Assembly (NCBI GenBank): GCA_008933805.1
Contig: WBUH01000005.1
Location: forward strand, 128,822-192,821
Direction of reading: 5' to 3'
From: Bacteroidota bacterium
Lineage (GTDB): Bacteria > Bacteroidota > Bacteroidia > UBA8524
DNA length: 64,000 nucleotides
Under the pieces are notes generated by a model. It ran no database searches. It was not told the origin of the DNA and saw only the letters and a list, made by a program, of their open reading frames with translations. Both the position numbers and the translations under genes were made by a program. Below are positions 60,635-64,000 of the stretch, piece by piece; the first letter of the stretch is position 1; each line of letters starts with the position of its first letter.

Positions 60635-61030
60635 ATGATACTGATAAATAAAGGCACCAACAACTTGGTTATCTTCACTCTGAAGGAAAAAACCACCCGC
60701 CCCAATCCTAAATACCTCTTCGAGTTTAGTAACTCTCAAACTAACGAAAGTATTACTTGTATCGCAGCCGATACCTCTGACTACCCCGAGCGTTATAATA
60801 GTTTTGAGATAGTAGAAATTACCAGCCCCAGCCCGCTGCTAGCACAGGTAGAGCTTACCCCCTCAGGTTTTTGGGAATACAAGGTATATGCTCAAGACAG
60901 TGCTACAAACTTACAACCCGCCAATGCCGACGAACTGGTTGAAACAGGGTTAGCCTACGTGGTGGGCACCGCTGAAACCACCTATACTTATAATGACCAA
61001 CCCACTAACGCATTTATATACAATGGATAA
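60635..61030 (+). CDS. Phage structural/hypothetical protein preceding the portal
   Basis: TLKEKT...YLFEF, RYN.F.I, G.W.Y.VY.Q.S.TNL.P, VETG motifs; overlaps the portal start (ATGGATAA). Confidence 0.6.
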   Translation: MILINKGTNNLVIFTLKEKTTRPNPKYLFEFSNSQTNESITCIAADTSDYPERYNSFEIVEITSPSPLLAQVELTPSGFWEYKVYAQDSATNLQPANADELVETGLAYVVGTAETTYTYNDQPTNAFIYNG

Positions 61031-62276
61031 GCAAAAACACTTTTTTACAACCTTGCAAGTGCCTACGTGGCATAAACCGCCCCGATTTAAGGAAAGCCGC
61101 CGTTTCGATTGGGTTAATTATGGTGAAGCGAACGATTACCCCGACTATCTGATAAATCTTTTTAACGGTTCGCCTACCCATCAAGCCATTGTGAGCGGCA
61201 AAAAAGATTATATTTTTGGTAAAGGGGTAGAAATACCCAATAGCCCAAACACCGCTGATGCTGCTAAACTGCAACAGTTAATTCACAGAGCCAACCGCTT
61301 CGAATCGTTGAACCAATTGCTTGAAAAATTGATTCTAGATTATGAGCTTTTTAATGGTTTCGCTGTAAAAATCTACCAAAACATTGTTACAGGTAAGATT
61401 AGCGAGATGTACCACGTAGATTGGGCTACTTGCCGTATCAACGAAGACGCATCGGTAATTTACACTTCAAAACAGTGGACTGAGCAACAGTCGCTAACGA
61501 ACAAGTTTGCTGGAAGTACCCGTCAACCGGAAGACTTAAGAGGCCTCCCCGCTTTCGATATCAACGTTCCTCAGCGTGAAAGCATTTTGTATTTCCGTGA
61601 GTATAGCCCACAAATGAAGGTGTATCCATTACCGGGTTATTTAGGTTGCAATGCTTCCATTGAAACCGAAATAGAAATCAGTAACTTTCATCTAAACAAC
61701 ATAAAAACAGGGTTTTCTGCAGGCACCCTGCTTACATTTACTAACGGTGTGCCCACCGAAGATGAGCAACGGGATATTGAACGTCAGGTAAAGCGCAAAG
61801 TGGCGGGAACGGATAATGCGGGTGAAATTATATTATACTTTACAGACGGTGTAGAAAGTACCCCTCAAATATTACAACTGCGCCCCAACGATCTTGATAA
61901 ACAGTACGACCAACTTAAACAAACAGTAATGGACACCATTTTTGTGGGTCATAAAGTTACCAGCCCAATGTTGTTTGGTGTTAGGGCACCCGGCCAACTG
62001 GGAGGAAGAAATGAACTAAGGGAAGCTTACGAATTGTTTCAAAACACCTACGTCAACAAACGCAGGCAAACTATTGAGCAATTGTTGAAAAACCTTGCTG
62101 AAACCAATGGCATCAGTACGCCATTATGCCTTACTCCAACCGAACCGATCGGTTTAGGAATGTTGTTGAGCGAGCAGGACATTAGTGAAGTACTTACTTC
62201 TGATGAAAAACGTCGCTACTTGGCACAAATAGGTTTCCCTATCACTGTCAGCGATCCATCAATTGCAGATAATTAA
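61023..62276 (+). CDS. Phage portal protein
   Basis: WVNYG..NDYP.YLI.L...SPTH.AI, YPLP.Y, FHLNNIKTGFS, G.DNAG, GH.VTSPMLFG, GQLGGRNEL; start at MDKQK. Confidence 0.85.
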   Translation: MDKQKHFFTTLQVPTWHKPPRFKESRRFDWVNYGEANDYPDYLINLFNGSPTHQAIVSGKKDYIFGKGVEIPNSPNTADAAKLQQLIHRANRFESLNQLLEKLILDYELFNGFAVKIYQNIVTGKISEMYHVDWATCRINEDASVIYTSKQWTEQQSLTNKFAGSTRQPEDLRGLPAFDINVPQRESILYFREYSPQMKVYPLPGYLGCNASIETEIEISNFHLNNIKTGFSAGTLLTFTNGVPTEDEQRDIERQVKRKVAGTDNAGEIILYFTDGVESTPQILQLRPNDLDKQYDQLKQTVMDTIFVGHKVTSPMLFGVRAPGQLGGRNELREAYELFQNTYVNKRRQTIEQLLKNLAETNGISTPLCLTPTEPIGLGMLLSEQDISEVLTSDEKRRYLAQIGFPITVSDPSIADN

Positions 62277-62317
62277 TCCATTACAAATTTTCTTACACTA
62301 TCAATTAGCAAATCCTT

Positions 62318-62893
62318 ATGGAACAGGTCTATTTTATATCCGCCGACAGGCTGAAAGAAGATACCGTGATTAATGAGAACACGGATAATAAGTTAATCTC
62401 ACCCACAATACTCATGGTGCAGGATATTTATATACAGGGTATTATCGGCACCTCATTATACAACGAGTTGAGAACTCAGGTAAAGGCCGACACTGTAACA
62501 GCCCTTAACCAAACATTGCTTAATGACTATTTACAACCGGCTATAAAACACTATTGTATGGCCGAACTGTGTCTGCCGCTTACGTATAAGTTCATGAATA
62601 AATCCATCGTAACAAAAAATAGCGAGAACAGTGTTACTGCCTCACCGGAACAACTAAGTCAGATAAAAAACTATTACCTGAACCATGCGGAATGGTACGC
62701 GAAACGTATTGTAAAATACCTGCAGCAAAATCAATCTAAATACCCTTTATGGCTGAGCGGAAATACTACTATTGATGCCATTCACCCAAGAATCAACACT
62801 TATCACACAGGTATGTTTTTGGGAAATACTCGTGGGAATTCATTCTCAACCTCATTACCTATTGATAACGGCGAAAACAATTGTTGCGAATAG
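62318..62893 (+). CDS. Head-tail connector/adaptor protein (DUF6712-like)
   Basis: FIS...LK..T.I..N.D, QD.YI..I.GT.LY..L, LL.DY..P, AE.Y..R...YL......YP; directly after the portal. Confidence 0.7.
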   Translation: MEQVYFISADRLKEDTVINENTDNKLISPTILMVQDIYIQGIIGTSLYNELRTQVKADTVTALNQTLLNDYLQPAIKHYCMAELCLPLTYKFMNKSIVTKNSENSVTASPEQLSQIKNYYLNHAEWYAKRIVKYLQQNQSKYPLWLSGNTTIDAIHPRINTYHTGMFLGNTRGNSFSTSLPIDNGENNCCE

Positions 62894-62895
62894 TT

Positions 62896-63015
62896 ATGAA
62901 TGAAAAGAGAATAAAAAAAGAAAACATCCAAAAATTACTCAATTATCTAGAAAAGAAAGACCATGCAGTTTCAGACAAAAAATCAGGTAATAACAAAACT
63001 AAGGCAACTGGCTGA
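62896..63015 (+). CDS. 39-aa basic peptide (not in ORF track)
   Basis: MNEKRIKKENIQKLLNYLEKKDHAVSDKKSGNNKTKATG; starts 2 nt after the connector stop and overlaps the next gene. Confidence 0.45.
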   Translation: MNEKRIKKENIQKLLNYLEKKDHAVSDKKSGNNKTKATG

Positions 63016-64000
63016 AAGTCATTTACTAGTCCGTGGGTTTGGCTATGGTGACCGTTGGGAACTTGAATCAGCTATGACCAAAGTGGATGGTACAACAATC
63101 GGACTCACCCATCCTTCAAAGCAGCCGTTTATGTGGGTTACCCCCATAATAGCCCGTGTAACCGAAGGTAGTCTCTTTTATGATTTTGAAATAATTGTAG
63201 GCGACTTGGTGAAACGGGATGAAAGTAATGAACTGGAAGTGGAGAGTGATACTTTACTTATTTGTTTGGACATCCTCTCAAAACTAAACGATGAAAGCTA
63301 TGAATGGGCTCTTTCAAAGCAAAGTAATCTTCAACCCTTTACCGAAAAGTGGGACAGCGAATTTACGGGCCACATTATGAATGTATCGCTGGAGTTTATG
63401 TTTGATTATGACTATTGTCAAGTTCCATTTACACGTCCGGATGAAGACATCACTGCATTTCTTGCGGCTACAGGCATTGACGATGAAACACAAATATTTG
63501 CCATTACTTATTTAGTAACGCAACTAAAAGAAAACGGACTTTGGAACAAAATGCACGCTCTATACCCGTTTGTAGGCGGTACGGCAAATAGGCACAGTAT
63601 AAACCTAAAAAATCCGGCTCAGTATAAAATAACGTGGAGTCCAACGGGAGTGACCCACAACGCAAATGGTATAACCGGAGACGGAATAGCCGGCTATGGC
63701 GACACCGGTTATATTATCGCCGCTGCAAACAAAGACAACTTCCATATGTCAGCTTATATAAGGAATGATGTTAGTGCTGGGGCTAAATGTGCTATCGGAG
63801 GCACTAGTGACAGTAATGTAATTCAACTCTTACCGTTTCAAACGGGAAATCTCTTCCAATCTTCAATAAACCAAAATACTGCATCAACAGCTTCAAATGT
63901 TTCTTCGAAAGGAAATTATATAGGTAGTAGACTTGCCCCAAATCGTTCAATTGCGTATAAAAATGTCACAAAATTATTTGAAAACACCACTGTGAGTACT
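62963..64000 (+). CDS. Tail-terminator-like domain fused to a LamG/ConA-like domain (3'-truncated; not in ORF track)
   Basis: Translated by hand and open to the window end: SH..V.GFGYGD...EVESDTLLICLDI...PFTEKWD...CQVPF, then AFLAATGI...LK..GLW.KM.ALYPFVGGTA..H..NLKNP. Confidence 0.7.
   Translation, partial: MQFQTKNQVITKLRQLAESHLLVRGFGYGDRWELESAMTKVDGTTIGLTHPSKQPFMWVTPIIARVTEGSLFYDFEIIVGDLVKRDESNELEVESDTLLICLDILSKLNDESYEWALSKQSNLQPFTEKWDSEFTGHIMNVSLEFMFDYDYCQVPFTRPDEDITAFLAATGIDDETQIFAITYLVTQLKENGLWNKMHALYPFVGGTANRHSINLKNPAQYKITWSPTGVTHNANGITGDGIAGYGDTGYIIAAANKDNFHMSAYIRNDVSAGAKCAIGGTSDSNVIQLLPFQTGNLFQSSINQNTASTASNVSSKGNYIGSRLAPNRSIAYKNVTKLFENTTVST

Noticed and set aside
17955..64000. A single conventional intact prophage
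   Set aside because: Core host genes (purN, purA, iscSUA and others) lie between the modules, orientations differ, and no integrase, att pair or replication genes were seen.

Overview
Bacteroidota chromosomal region, based on T9SS C-terminal sorting domains, TAnnTTTG promoters and heptamer/REP-like intergenic repeats. Ordinary host genes include purH, purN, purA, queD, suhB, iscSUA, mce, tnaA, lemA, ygiD, a fur-family gene, an E2 acyltransferase and two ECF sigma/anti-sigma loci. Scattered among them is an apparently intact, single-copy, complementary set of siphovirus-like virion genes, split into separate modules on both strands: (A) 22264-25169 prohead protease, scaffold, major capsid, major tail; (B) 37666-44255 distal tail, tail tip, tape measure; (C) 44949-46226 tail assembly chaperone with a -1 slippery site, plus a neck protein; (D) 60635->64000 portal, head-tail connector and a tail-terminator fusion. 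A phage-type sigma-like gene with a glycosyltransferase lies at 17955-19560. No integrase, repressor, replication, terminase or lysis gene is recognisable in the window. Modules A, C and D each carry the same bipartite motif, ACA-N13-CCAATTA, 7-8 nt before the first ATG. It looks like a dedicated, probably leaderless, promoter. The best reading, which is inference, is a domesticated, dispersed, co-regulated phage-derived particle system: a candidate Bacteroidota gene transfer agent. All product calls come from motif recognition by eye, not database searches.
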